Of a stretch of DNA of 64,000 nucleotides, positions 19,698-30,006 are shown piece by piece. Positions within the stretch are counted from its first letter, which is position 1, and each line of letters begins with the position of its first letter. Below the pieces are notes generated by a model, which worked only from the letters and a program-made list of their open reading frames with translations, had not been told where the DNA came from and did not search any database. Source of the DNA: Chloroflexota bacterium (GTDB taxonomy: Bacteria; Chloroflexota; UBA11872; VXOZ01); contig OY760183.1 of NCBI GenBank assembly GCA_963663275.1, positions 2,752,001 through 2,816,000 on the forward strand, in the 5' to 3' direction. A program made the position numbers and the translations under genes.

Positions 19698-20378
19698 GTG
19701 ATGGCGGGAAACGCAATCGGACGTATCGTCAAGTCGAATTCCCATACGGATTACGTCTGCCAGGTCTTCGCTCCCCGCGAAACGGCGCGCGACCCGCAGC
19801 CGGAAGATTACGCGTTCGGTCGCTTTGTAGAAGCGCCCATCGACCCCGCTGCCGCCGGCTCATCCTTCGACAGGCTCAGGACGAACGGCGGCGAGCGCGC
19901 TCTCGACAGGGACGGGACGAACGGCGGCGAACGCGCGGCGGTGGGCATCGTCTACGATACGATTCTCCTCAACCCGGAGTACGGCAGCCTCGGCCCCCGG
20001 CTGAATCCACCCGGCGATCAAGCCACGCTGGCGCCGGACTACCTGGTGGAGAAAGCGACCGCCGTCGGCATACTCGTCGTCGGGCTGCGCGCGGGCGAGG
20101 CGAATAACCACGGTGTCATCCCGCTCTCGCTGCCCGTGGACGCCGAGGTTTCCAGCATGAGCGCGGACGACGTGCGGCGCTTCCATGAGGTGGACGGCCG
20201 GCTGTCGCTCGGCTACCTGCCCCATCTCGTCTCGCACCAGAGCCCGCTGGTTACGGAACTCGGCCTCACCGTCATTCGCCACCTGCTCACGCTCTTCCCC
20301 GCGCCCGGCGAGCAGCGCCTCCTGCGCACCCTAGCCGCCCACCTCTCCTGGCAGGCGCGAGTCACGCCGCTCGGGTAG
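19698..20378 (+). CDS. Stand-alone HAS-barrel-like protein
   Basis: IGRIVKS, FGRFVEA and GIVYDT beta pattern; located between nurA and herA. Confidence 0.6.
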   Translation: MMAGNAIGRIVKSNSHTDYVCQVFAPRETARDPQPEDYAFGRFVEAPIDPAAAGSSFDRLRTNGGERALDRDGTNGGERAAVGIVYDTILLNPEYGSLGPRLNPPGDQATLAPDYLVEKATAVGILVVGLRAGEANNHGVIPLSLPVDAEVSSMSADDVRRFHEVDGRLSLGYLPHLVSHQSPLVTELGLTVIRHLLTLFPAPGEQRLLRTLAAHLSWQARVTPLG

Positions 20379-20432
20379 GCCGGTTTGACGCCTGCCGTTC
20401 GCCCCAAGCCTGTCGACTTTGAAGAGATGCCC

Positions 20433-20602
20433 TCCGGTAGCGTAGACTTGCAACCCGCGTCCATACACTCCGGTAGCGCAGGTTTGTAACCTGCGTCTTC
20501 CGTAGGGTCAATGCATTCCGTTCTCAATGTTCTAGCTCCAGCGGGGGACAAGCCCCCGCGCTACGTTTGCGCGACATCATAGGGACAAGCCCCCGCGCTA
20601 CG
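20433..20602. repeat. GTAG-REP cluster
   Basis: Two GGTAGCG..G hairpins and two GGGACAAGCCCCCGCGCTAC units. Confidence 0.7.
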
Positions 20603-20752
20603 CCTCGCCCTGTGCGTGTGCGGGCATGACATGGGCTAAGCGCCGCGTGAGAACGCCTGGGATGGCGCAACCCATCCGTTCGCGGCCCCATGCTCTGGTA
20701 CACTAGGGAGTACGTTCAATTCCGTGTTCGGAGAGTATGAGGTAAACGGCGT

Positions 20753-21526
20753 ATGCGCGAAAATTCGGTCAAGCAACTCCTCGCCGCGGGCAGACCCGCC
20801 ATCGGCACGTGGCTTACCCTGGGCGATCCCCTGGCAACCGAGACCCTGGCGCACCTGGGGTTCGACTGGCTCAACGTGGACATGGAGCACGGTTCCATTG
20901 ACGTCCGCGAAACCCGCGCGCTCTTCCAGGTGATCAACACTACCGACGTGGTTCCTACCGCCCGCGTGCCCTGGAACGATCACGTGTGGATCAAGCGCGT
21001 GCTCGACGCCGGCGCGTACGGCGTGGTGGTGCCGATGGTGCGCACACGGGAAGAGGCCGAGCGGGCCGTGGCCGCCTGCCGCTATCCGCCGGCCGGCATT
21101 CGCAGCATCGGCAGCGGACGCAACCACTACGCTTTTCGCACCACGCAGGCCGCATACCTGGAACACGCCAACGACCAACTGCTTGTCGTCATCCAGATCG
21201 AGCACGCCGACGCCATCCGGCGGCTGGACGACATCCTCAGCGTGCCCGGCATCGACGCCGCCTTCATCGGCCCCAACGACCTCTGCGCCTCCCTGGGCCT
21301 GCCGCCCAGCACCGATAGCGATCATCCCGATTTCGAAGCCGCCATTGCGCAGGTCGTGACCGCGGGACGGAAGCACGGCGTCGCGCCGGGCATCCATACG
21401 AGTTCCGGTGAGGCCCTGAACAAGCGGCTGGAGCAGGGCTTTCGCTACCTGGGACTGGCCAACGACCAACGCTTGCTCATCAAGGGCGCGAGTGATGAAC
21501 TGGACGTCATCTGGCGCGAGCAATAA
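20753..21526 (+). CDS. HpcH/HpaI aldolase
   Basis: VDMEHG, RVLDAGA, QIEH and FIGPNDL motifs. Confidence 0.9.
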   Translation: MRENSVKQLLAAGRPAIGTWLTLGDPLATETLAHLGFDWLNVDMEHGSIDVRETRALFQVINTTDVVPTARVPWNDHVWIKRVLDAGAYGVVVPMVRTREEAERAVAACRYPPAGIRSIGSGRNHYAFRTTQAAYLEHANDQLLVVIQIEHADAIRRLDDILSVPGIDAAFIGPNDLCASLGLPPSTDSDHPDFEAAIAQVVTAGRKHGVAPGIHTSSGEALNKRLEQGFRYLGLANDQRLLIKGASDELDVIWREQ

Positions 21527-21602
21527 TCTCGGGTTCGATTGAGACACGGCGGGAGCAAACCGCGCCGCCGCTGAGAAACGCCGCAGGCAAGAGCGCGATT
21601 CG

Positions 21603-23480
21603 ATGATTATAGGAATTGCCAAAGGTCCCGGCGAAACACCGAACGAATATACGTTCGTCACGCCCGATACCGAACGCCGGGTAAAGACGAGCGAGTTCGT
21701 CTATTACGAAGCGGAGGTTGACGGCACGCAGCGCCAGATTTTGGGCCGCGTGATACGGCGGATTCCGCTGCGCCTCTACCCCGATTCTTTTCTGGCGCAC
21801 CCGGAAGTAGACCCGGCCCAGATGGCGGCGCTGGTCGGCTACCAGAGCGCCGGCGAGCCCACCAACGACGGCGGCGAGGACGCCGGCGACTCCGCTGCCG
21901 AACTCTTCGAAATTCACGTCAGCATCATGGGCTACCACGACGAAGCGTTGAGCGCCTTCGTCAATCCCCGCATCCCGCCGCGCATCGGCTGGAAGATCTA
22001 CCTGGCCGCCGACGACATGCTCACCGAGGTGCTCAACCGCGTCGCGTTCGACTGGCAGGCGGGGGAAGCGCGGCCGGGGGGCGCGTACGTGGGGTCTCTG
22101 CTCTCGCGGCCCGCTCTGGATTTGCGCTCAGGACAAGCCAATGGCGTGCCGGTGGTGCTCGACGTGCGCTCGATTACGGCCACCCACATGGCTGTCATCG
22201 CCGGCACGGGCGCGGGCAAGAGCTACCTGGCCTCGGTGCTGATAGAGGAGATGATGAAGCCCCTCAACCGCGCCAGCATCCTGGTCGTGGACCCCCACGG
22301 CGAGTACGACACGCTGGAGGAGATTCGCAACGCCGCCGACTTTCGCGCCGACGACGGCTACAAGGCGGACGTCAAGACCGTTCCCCAGGACCAGGTGAAG
22401 ATTCGCGTCTCCGAACTCACGCAATTCGACCTGCGCTTTCTCCTGGGCGCGCAGTACGGGTTCTCCGGCCCCATGGAATACGTGCTTGGCAACGCGCTGG
22501 AACGGGTAAGGAAGGACCGGGGCGACAAGACGCCCTGGACGAAGAACGACCTCTACGCCGCCCTGGAGTACATGCAAGACGGAGAAGACGAACCGGCTTC
22601 AGGCCAAGACCGTCATTCCCGCGCAAGCGGGAATCCATCCGCCGGTGACGACGATCCCCTCAGCTTCCTCGACACCGCCGGCACCAACGAGCGGCAGAGT
22701 TCGCGCGCCAAGCCCGACCTCCAGATGCGCGGCAGCGCGCGGGCGGTCGATTGGCGGCTCCGCAGCCTCTTTGCCGAAGCGCCGAACTTCGACGACGTGG
22801 ACAGCATCAACCTCCAGGAGGTCTTCCGCCCCGGCCTCTGCTCCGTCCTGCAACTCAACGAAATCGACCGCCGCCAGCAGCAGGTCATCGTGGCGGTGCT
22901 CCTGCGCATGGTGTGGAAGGCGCGCATGAACGCCGTGAAAGGCGTCGGCAACCCCAAAGACCGCCTTGATTACCCGGTCTTCATCCTGCTCGAGGAAGCC
23001 CATCACTTCGCGCCGGCCAATGAAGACGTGGTGACCACGAACATTCTCAAGACCATTCTCGCCGAGGGGCGCAAGTTCGGCGTCGGCGTGGGCCTCATCA
23101 GCCAGCGCCCCGGCAAGCTCGATTCCGACGTGCTCTCCCAGTGCATGACCCAATTCCTGCTGCGCATCGTCAACGAGTACGACCAGAGCAGCGTGGCCGC
23201 CGCCGTTGAGAGCGCGAGCCACGACCTGTTGGCGGAACTGCCGGCGCTTTCCAAAGGACAGGCAATCGTCGCCGGGGCCGCCGTCAACACGCCGCTCTCG
23301 ATCCGCGTCAGGCAGCGCATCACGCGCCACGGCGGCGCGGAACCCGACGCGCCCAGCGAGTGGCGGTCTTTCTTCTCAGAGGAGGCGGCGCGCCGCCGGG
23401 AAGTTGACGCCTCCGGGCCGCCGGAAGGCCCGCCCCGCGGCCTTAGCAATATCCTCCGGAAGAGCCGCGACCGGCCCTAG
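21603..23480 (+). CDS. herA: HerA-family helicase/translocase
   Basis: N-terminal HAS barrel, Walker A AGTGAGKS, VDPHGEY, Walker B LLEEAHHF, RKFG and SQRP. Confidence 0.88.
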   Translation: MIIGIAKGPGETPNEYTFVTPDTERRVKTSEFVYYEAEVDGTQRQILGRVIRRIPLRLYPDSFLAHPEVDPAQMAALVGYQSAGEPTNDGGEDAGDSAAELFEIHVSIMGYHDEALSAFVNPRIPPRIGWKIYLAADDMLTEVLNRVAFDWQAGEARPGGAYVGSLLSRPALDLRSGQANGVPVVLDVRSITATHMAVIAGTGAGKSYLASVLIEEMMKPLNRASILVVDPHGEYDTLEEIRNAADFRADDGYKADVKTVPQDQVKIRVSELTQFDLRFLLGAQYGFSGPMEYVLGNALERVRKDRGDKTPWTKNDLYAALEYMQDGEDEPASGQDRHSRASGNPSAGDDDPLSFLDTAGTNERQSSRAKPDLQMRGSARAVDWRLRSLFAEAPNFDDVDSINLQEVFRPGLCSVLQLNEIDRRQQQVIVAVLLRMVWKARMNAVKGVGNPKDRLDYPVFILLEEAHHFAPANEDVVTTNILKTILAEGRKFGVGVGLISQRPGKLDSDVLSQCMTQFLLRIVNEYDQSSVAAAVESASHDLLAELPALSKGQAIVAGAAVNTPLSIRVRQRITRHGGAEPDAPSEWRSFFSEEAARRREVDASGPPEGPPRGLSNILRKSRDRP

Positions 23481-23616
23481 GGGCTGAACGGTCGATAGGC
23501 GTTCACACCTTGCGTGTCGGTGTCAGATTTGGGCTCAGCGACTGTGCCCGGTCGCTGTCACTGTTCGCATGTACGCTCGCAGCTTGCAAACTTGCCGTTG
23601 CGCGGGAACTGGTCCC

Positions 23617-23817
23617 AAATGGTGTCGCGTTAATTCGTAATGCATACCGCGGTCCCCCAAATCTTGAGAGATGGATGAGCGCGCGCAGCCGTTCGCCTTG
23701 AGCCTGTCGAAAGGTGAACGGGGGTTGGTTGTGACGCACTGTACTACCCGTTCATACTTCGACGGGCTCAGCACGAACGGGTAGTACAGTGCTCATCAGT
23801 TCTACGCGACAGCACTG
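23617..23817. mobile_element. Degenerate IS4-like MITE carrying a CTTCGAC..CTCAG REP pair
   Basis: Ends AAATGGTGTCGCGTTAA and CTACGCGACAGCACTG resemble those of 41374-41535; sits inside a GGCTTGTCCC hairpin. Confidence 0.5.
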
Positions 23818-24016
23818 TGGCTTGTCCCCCGCAGATTGGCGGTAACGCTTCGTACCGGCTTCGGCAGGTCGCTCAAAAGGTGTTTCCAAAGGTCTTGTCT
23901 GCGCGAGGTACGTTCGCCCTGAGCCGCGTCGAAGGGTGAACGTACCTCGTGCAGACCAAACGATCCTATAGCAGGCTAGTAGAACACGCTCCACACTGAA
24001 AAAACGGAGAAATCGC

Positions 24017-25072
24017 ATGCCATTCAACTACGAGTACCCCCAACGCATCCGCGCCGGCTTCATCGGCTGCGGCAAGCACGCCTATCAGAGCATTCTGCCC
24101 AGCTTCCAATATGCGCCGGTGGAGTTGGCGGCCGTCTGCGACCTCATCCCGGAACGCGCCCAATTCTGCGCCCGGCAGTTCGGCGCGCCGCGCTGGTACA
24201 CGGATTACCACGCCATGCTGGCGCGGGAAGAACTCGACGCCGTCTTCGTCGTGCTCAATCACGATGAAGCGGGGCGGCCCCAGTACGCGCCGGTAGCCAT
24301 CGACGTGCTGCGCGCGGGCGTTCACGTCTGGATTGAGAAGCCGCCGGCCTCCACGCTAGCGGAGATCGAGCGGATGCAAGCGGCCCGCGACGCGGCGCGG
24401 CGTTTCGTCCAGGTCGGCTTCAAGAAGCCCTTCTACCCCGCCATCCAGCACGCGAAGAAACTGATGAACCAACCGGCGTTCGGCGCGCCTACTTCCGCCT
24501 ACGTCCACTACGCCGTGAACCTGCCGCCGGCTGCGGGACGGCCCCATAGCCGGGCAATGATGCGCTTCCTCCAAATCGGCTGCCACCCGCTCTCGATCCT
24601 CCAGTTTCTGCTCGGCGCGCCGCGCACGCTCTACTTTGCCGATGAAGCGCGCGGCGGCAGTTCGCTCGGCGTCTTCACGTTCGCCAACGGCAGCATCGGC
24701 TGTCTGCACCAGGCCGCGGGCAAAGGCGAACACGCCCCGTGGGACCGGGTGGAGGTGAACGGCGAGGGCGCGTCGCTGGTGGTCGAGAACGGCATCGACC
24801 TCACCTACTACCCGCCGGGCGCGCCCCGCTCGCCGGACACGTTCGTCAGCGAGGACGCCGACGCTCCCCGCCGCTGGCTGCCCGACTTCTCCCACGGCCG
24901 CCTCGCCAACAAGGGCCTCTTCCTGCTCGGTTACGCCCCGGAAATCATCGCCTTCGCCGAAAGCGTGCTCACCAACACGCCGCCCCAAACGGCCACCCTG
25001 GAAGACGCCCACGACGTGATCCGCATGTACCTCGGCTACACCCAACCGGCGGGACAGGTGATTGCGCTCTGA
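24017..25072 (+). CDS. Gfo/Idh/MocA oxidoreductase
   Basis: GFIGCG and VWIEKP motifs. Confidence 0.85.
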   Translation: MPFNYEYPQRIRAGFIGCGKHAYQSILPSFQYAPVELAAVCDLIPERAQFCARQFGAPRWYTDYHAMLAREELDAVFVVLNHDEAGRPQYAPVAIDVLRAGVHVWIEKPPASTLAEIERMQAARDAARRFVQVGFKKPFYPAIQHAKKLMNQPAFGAPTSAYVHYAVNLPPAAGRPHSRAMMRFLQIGCHPLSILQFLLGAPRTLYFADEARGGSSLGVFTFANGSIGCLHQAAGKGEHAPWDRVEVNGEGASLVVENGIDLTYYPPGAPRSPDTFVSEDADAPRRWLPDFSHGRLANKGLFLLGYAPEIIAFAESVLTNTPPQTATLEDAHDVIRMYLGYTQPAGQVIAL

Positions 25073-25075
25073 ATC

Positions 25076-26035
25076 TCACACCGGCGGCGGTGCCGGCGGC
25101 AGGTCGTAGTCGCGCGCTTCCAAGTCCATAATCCGCGCCATCTCGTCAGCGGTCATATGCTTGCCGCTTGACGCGCGCACGTTGTCCTCCACCTCGGCCA
25201 CGGTCATGGCCCCGGGAATCACGCCGTTCACACCTGGGGTCGCCAGAACGAATTGCAACGCCGCCTGCGTCATCGTTCTCCCATTCGTGAGGAACCGCAG
25301 TTTCTCTACCCGCGCCAGCACCGCGTCGATGAAGGCCGGTGAGAACAAGCGCCGGTCGTCATGGTCGTCGAAGGCTGTTTTGCGCGTAATCGCCCCGGTG
25401 AGAAATCCAAAGTAGAAGCTCTCCCGCGCGATCACGCCCACGTCTCTTGTCTCAGCCAACGGGAACAGTTCTTGAGCGGGCAACGTGTACAACAGCCGGT
25501 AGGCCTGCTGGATGACGTCCACCTCGCCCTGCTCGATGAGGCGCATCGCCAACGGAATGCCCTCGTCCTCCGACATGACCGAGAAACCCGTCGCCCGGAT
25601 CTTGCCCTGTTCCTTCAAGCGGACGAGCGCTTCCAGGCCGTCGTCACGGTAGAGTTCCTCATCGGGACTATGCAGCATGTAGATGTCGAGATAGTCGGTG
25701 CGCAGGCGGCACAGGCTCTGCTCCACCTCGCGCATGACCGTCGCGCCGGAATAATCGAAGTTCCGGCGTCCGCCGGGAAACATGCCGACCTTCGTCGCCA
25801 ACACGACCTCGTGGCGGCGTCCCGCGATCGCTTTGCCAATGACCTCTTCGCTTCTGCCGTTGCCATAGATAGGCGCGGTATCGATGTGGTTGACGCCCAG
25901 TTCCAGCGCCCGCAGAATGGCGCGCCGCGACTCCGCGTCGTCCGCGCGCCCGTAGCGGTCGCCGCCCATCCCCCACGTTCCCAGCCCCACCTCGGAAATG
26001 CGTATGCCCGTTCTGCCTAACGTCCGATACTCCAT
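25076..26035 (-). CDS. Aldo/keto reductase
   Basis: GLGTWG, IDTAPIYG, LATK, YMLH and IPG motifs. Confidence 0.9.
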   Translation of the reverse strand: MEYRTLGRTGIRISEVGLGTWGMGGDRYGRADDAESRRAILRALELGVNHIDTAPIYGNGRSEEVIGKAIAGRRHEVVLATKVGMFPGGRRNFDYSGATVMREVEQSLCRLRTDYLDIYMLHSPDEELYRDDGLEALVRLKEQGKIRATGFSVMSEDEGIPLAMRLIEQGEVDVIQQAYRLLYTLPAQELFPLAETRDVGVIARESFYFGFLTGAITRKTAFDDHDDRRLFSPAFIDAVLARVEKLRFLTNGRTMTQAALQFVLATPGVNGVIPGAMTVAEVEDNVRASSGKHMTADEMARIMDLEARDYDLPPAPPPV

Positions 26036-26262
26036 GACCCGTCCTCTCCGGCGCAGTTTTGTTCGTGGCGTCTATTCTCATACATCGTACTGCCGCAGTC
26101 CATGAGTCAATTCTGTTCATTCGCCGTCACTTTCGACTAAAGTGATTGAACAGAGCAGCCGAACACAGTTATTCCCTCACTCGCATTCGACACGCGCCTG
26201 GGCTTTCCGGTATTCTGGTGCTGGCATTTCTCGTAATCGGTCAAGGTTCGGTTTCTCAATCG

Positions 26263-27432
26263 ATGAAGATTCACGAATTTCAGGCGAAAGACATTCTGGC
26301 GGAGTACGGGCTGCCGATTCCGCCCGGTCGGGTGGCGAGCACGCCGGAGGAGGCGCGGGCCGCGGCGGCGGCAATGGGCGGCATGGTGGTCGTCAAGGCG
26401 CAGGTGCTCGTGGGCGGGCGCGGCAAGGCCGGCGGCGTCAAGCTGGCCGCCACGCCGGACGAAGCGGCGGAGAAGGCTGCGGCCATCCTCGGCATGGACA
26501 TTAAGAGCATCACCGTGCGGCGCGTCCTAGTTGCCCAAGCCGTTGACATCGCGGAGGAGATTTACCTCGGCGTCATCCTGGACCGCGCGTCCAAAGCCAT
26601 CACCATCATGGCCAGCGCCGAGGGCGGCGTGGAGATCGAGGAGGTGGCGCGGGAGACGCCGGAAAAAATCCACCGCATCCACGTGCACCCGCTGGTCGGC
26701 TACGCCGACTACCAAGGCCGCCAACTGGCCTTCGACGTGGGCATTCCGCCGGAGTTGAGCCGGGACTTCGCCCGCATCGTGCGCGCGCTCGTGCAGGCGC
26801 TCACCGAAAACGACGGCGAGTTGGTCGAGATCAACCCGCTGGTCGTCACCGCGGACGGCGCGTTGCAGTGCATCGACGCCAAGATCAACCTGGACGACAA
26901 CGCCCTCTTCCGCCACAAGGCGCTGGCGGAACTGCGCGACCACGCTGAAGAAGAGCCCGCCGAACGCGCGGCGCGGGAAGCGGGCTTGTCGTTCGTCAAG
27001 CTCGACGGCGCCATCGGCTGCGTCGTCAACGGCGCGGGCCTCGCCATGGCGACCATGGACACGATCAAATTGAGCGGCGGCAGTCCGGCTAATTTTCTCG
27101 ATATTGGCGGCGGCGCCCGCGCCGAAAGCGTGGCGGACGCGCTGCGCATCATCCTCGACGACGAAAACGTGAACGCCATCCTCTTCAACATCTTTGGCGG
27201 CATCACCCGCTGCGACGAGGTGGCGCGGGGCATCGTCAGCGCCTTGCCGTCGCTTTCGCGCCCGGTGCCAATGGTGGTGCGTCTCGTCGGCACCAACCAG
27301 GAAGAGGGACGCGCCATCTTGCGAGAAGCGGGCCTGGTGGCCGCCGACACCATGCAGGCCGCGTCGCGGGAAGTAGTACGGGTGGCGGGCGCGCCGCAGG
27401 CGGAGTCCTTGCCAGAGGCGGAGTCGTCATGA
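26263..27432 (+). CDS. sucC: Succinyl-CoA synthetase beta subunit
   Basis: [29 protein letters not shown] and [10 protein letters not shown]; start moved to ATG 26263. Confidence 0.95.
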   Translation: MKIHEFQAKDILAEYGLPIPPGRVASTPEEARAAAAAMGGMVVVKAQVLVGGRGKAGGVKLAATPDEAAEKAAAILGMDIKSITVRRVLVAQAVDIAEEIYLGVILDRASKAITIMASAEGGVEIEEVARETPEKIHRIHVHPLVGYADYQGRQLAFDVGIPPELSRDFARIVRALVQALTENDGELVEINPLVVTADGALQCIDAKINLDDNALFRHKALAELRDHAEEEPAERAAREAGLSFVKLDGAIGCVVNGAGLAMATMDTIKLSGGSPANFLDIGGGARAESVADALRIILDDENVNAILFNIFGGITRCDEVARGIVSALPSLSRPVPMVVRLVGTNQEEGRAILREAGLVAADTMQAASREVVRVAGAPQAESLPEAESS

Positions 27433-28301
27433 GCATCCTGGTTGACGAAAACACCCGCCTGCTCGTGCAGGGCATCACTGGACGGGAAGGCAGCTTTCAT
27501 ACCGAGCAGATGGCGCGGTACGGCACGCGCGTCGTGGCCGGCGTGACGCCCGGCCGCGGCGGACAGACGGCCTGCGGCGCGCCGGTCTTCAATACCGTCG
27601 CCCAGGCCGCACGGGAGACCGGCGCGAACGTCTCGATCATCTTCGTGCCCGGCCCGTTTGCGCCCGACGCCATCATCGAGGCGGTGGACGCCGGCATTCC
27701 CTTCGTGATCTGCATCAGCGAGCACATTCCCGTGCAGGACATGCTGCGCGTGTATCATTATGTAAATATCAAAGGCGCGCGCTTGCTGGGGCCGAATTGC
27801 CCCGGTCTGATTTCACCGGGCAAGGCCAAAGTGGGTATCATGGCGGGCGATATTCACATTCCCGGCCCCGTCGGCGTCGTCAGCCGCTCCGGCACGCTCA
27901 CGTACGAGGTCGTTTCCCATCTCACTGGGCAGGACGTCGGCCAATCTACGGTTGTCGGCATTGGCGGGGATCCGGTCGTGGGCACGGGCTTCATCGACGT
28001 GCTGCGCCTGTTCGAGGATGACGCCGAAACTGAGGCGGTGGTCATGATCGGCGAAATCGGCGGCACCGACGAAGAGGAAGCGGCACGTTTCATAGACGCG
28101 CACATGACCAAGCCGGTGGTCGGCTTCATCGCCGGCCGCACCGCGCCACCGGAAAAGCGGATGGGACACGCCGGCGCGATCGTCTCCGGCGGCGTCGGCA
28201 CGGCGGAGTCCAAGATCGAGGCGCTCCAAGCGGCGGGCGTGGCCGTGGCGGACTTCCCCCGCCAAGCGGCCCTGCTGGCGGCAGAGCGCATAGAGAAGTA
28301 A
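27429..28301 (+). CDS. sucD: Succinyl-CoA synthetase alpha subunit
   Basis: [21 protein letters not shown] and RMGHAGA motifs. Confidence 0.95.
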   Translation: MSILVDENTRLLVQGITGREGSFHTEQMARYGTRVVAGVTPGRGGQTACGAPVFNTVAQAARETGANVSIIFVPGPFAPDAIIEAVDAGIPFVICISEHIPVQDMLRVYHYVNIKGARLLGPNCPGLISPGKAKVGIMAGDIHIPGPVGVVSRSGTLTYEVVSHLTGQDVGQSTVVGIGGDPVVGTGFIDVLRLFEDDAETEAVVMIGEIGGTDEEEAARFIDAHMTKPVVGFIAGRTAPPEKRMGHAGAIVSGGVGTAESKIEALQAAGVAVADFPRQAALLAAERIEK

Positions 28302-28362
28302 TGCAGGAGAGGCCCCAGACGCTACTGAAATCTCCGCATTAACATGAGCCGCAGGCGATAAG

Positions 28363-28399
28363 TTCCCTCTCCCTGGGGGAGAGGGCTAGGGTGAGGGGA
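28363..28399. repeat. CCCTCTCC..GGGAGAGGG-TAGGGTGAGGG hairpin repeat (also ~30030, ~30125, ~35158, ~39520)
   Basis: Recurrent intergenic palindromic unit. Confidence 0.7.
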
Positions 28400-28477
28400 A
28401 GACCGTGGAAATCCCAGCGCAGTTATGCGCACCGCGAAGAATTAGGCGATTGCATCCAACGGGAGTACAGTGAACCT

Positions 28478-29791
28478 ATGTCACTCTTACTTGGCGCGGC
28501 ACAGCGCAAAATCACACCGCCGCTCGGCACGCACATGGCTGGCTACTACCACGTGCGCCCGGCGGCCGCCGTGCACGACGATCTTTTCGCCCGCGCGCTG
28601 GTGATCGACGACGGCAAGACGGCAATCGCGCTCGTTACCTGCGACCTCGTGTCCATCCGGGAAGAGAGCGTGGTCAACGCGCGGCGGCAGGTAGAGGCAG
28701 CCACCAGCCTCCCGGGCGCGAACGTGCTCGTTTGCTGCACCCACACCCACACCGGCCCCATCACCCGCGGCGACCGCAGTTCCGCCACGTTCGGCAGCAT
28801 GAGTGAATCGTATATGGCAACGCTGGAGGCGCAAATCGCCGCGGCGGTCACGGAAGCCTGGGAGACGCGCGCTTCCGGCGCGCTGCGCATCGGCAAGGCG
28901 CAGGAAACGCGCATCGCCTTCAACCGCCGCTTCCACATGCGCGACGGCAGCGTCAAGACCAACCCCGGCAAGAACAACCCCGACGTCGTCGAGCCGGTCG
29001 GCCCGATCGACCCGGACGTCTACGTGCTGCTGGCGGAATCCGACCAGGGCGATCCAATCGGTGTGCTCGTCAACTATTCGCTCCACGCCGATACCACCGG
29101 CGGCGACCACATTTCCGCCGATTACTCCGGCTGGATGGAGAAGCATCTCAAGAACATGTCGCCGGAACTCGACGACGCCGTGCTGCTCTACGCCAACGGC
29201 TACTGCGGCGACATCAACCACGTCAACGTGAATGACCCTGATCAACTGAAGGGCTTTGCGGAATCGGAGCGCATCGGCCGCGCGTTGGCGGAAAGCGCCA
29301 CCCAGGCGCTCTCGCAACTGGCGCCGGTGGAGGGCGAAACCGTGCACGCCGCCCAGCGTATCGAGGCCCTGCCCGCCGTCGTTCCGACAGAAGAGGATGT
29401 CGCTTGGGCGCAGGAAGCGGTGGCCGCCGCGCCGATGGGAGGCGGTCCCGGTAGGGACGACCTCGTAAAGGCCCACCGGGACCTCGCGCTGGTGGAATTG
29501 AACAAACAGGAGTTCGACACCGAAGTCCAGGTGCTGGCCGCAGGCAACGTGGCGTTCACGGCGCTGCCCGGCGAGATTTTCGTCGAGTTGGGGCTTTCAA
29601 TCAAAGAGGAGTCGCCGTTCGCGCACAATCTGCTGGCGGAACTCGCCAACGGCAACCTGGGTTACATTTGCACGGAAGCGGCCTATCCGCAGGGCGCGTA
29701 CGAGCCGACGTCCAGCCGCGTGCTGCCGGGCTCCGGCGAGCAACTCGTCCGCGCCGCGCTCGACTTGCAGCGCGGGATCGCCGCGCGCTGA
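28478..29791 (+). CDS. Neutral/alkaline ceramidase-like hydrolase
   Basis: HDDLFARAL, THTHTGP, NYSLHAD, GDINH and LPGEIF motifs. Confidence 0.7.
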   Translation: MSLLLGAAQRKITPPLGTHMAGYYHVRPAAAVHDDLFARALVIDDGKTAIALVTCDLVSIREESVVNARRQVEAATSLPGANVLVCCTHTHTGPITRGDRSSATFGSMSESYMATLEAQIAAAVTEAWETRASGALRIGKAQETRIAFNRRFHMRDGSVKTNPGKNNPDVVEPVGPIDPDVYVLLAESDQGDPIGVLVNYSLHADTTGGDHISADYSGWMEKHLKNMSPELDDAVLLYANGYCGDINHVNVNDPDQLKGFAESERIGRALAESATQALSQLAPVEGETVHAAQRIEALPAVVPTEEDVAWAQEAVAAAPMGGGPGRDDLVKAHRDLALVELNKQEFDTEVQVLAAGNVAFTALPGEIFVELGLSIKEESPFAHNLLAELANGNLGYICTEAAYPQGAYEPTSSRVLPGSGEQLVRAALDLQRGIAAR

Positions 29792-29856
29792 CGTGAGCGT
29801 CATCCGCAGGAGGCTTTAGCAAGGCCTCGCGGAGAGGCAAACAGTTCCCTCTCCTG

Positions 29857-30006
29857 GGCTGACAGGGGTAGGCAAGTGTCATTCCGAGCGGAGCGAGGAA
29901 TCTAGAAGAGACATTTTTGCAGGGAAAGCCTTAGATTCCTCTCTCCGCTGCGCTCCGCTCGGAATGACACGTGAAGTCGGATGTAGAGTGCCTACCCCTG
30001 TCAGCC
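29857..30006. mobile_element. ~150-bp MITE (GGCTGACAGGGGTAGGCA ends), copy 2
   Basis: 18-bp perfect TIR; perfect flanking duplication TCTCCTG. Confidence 0.8.
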
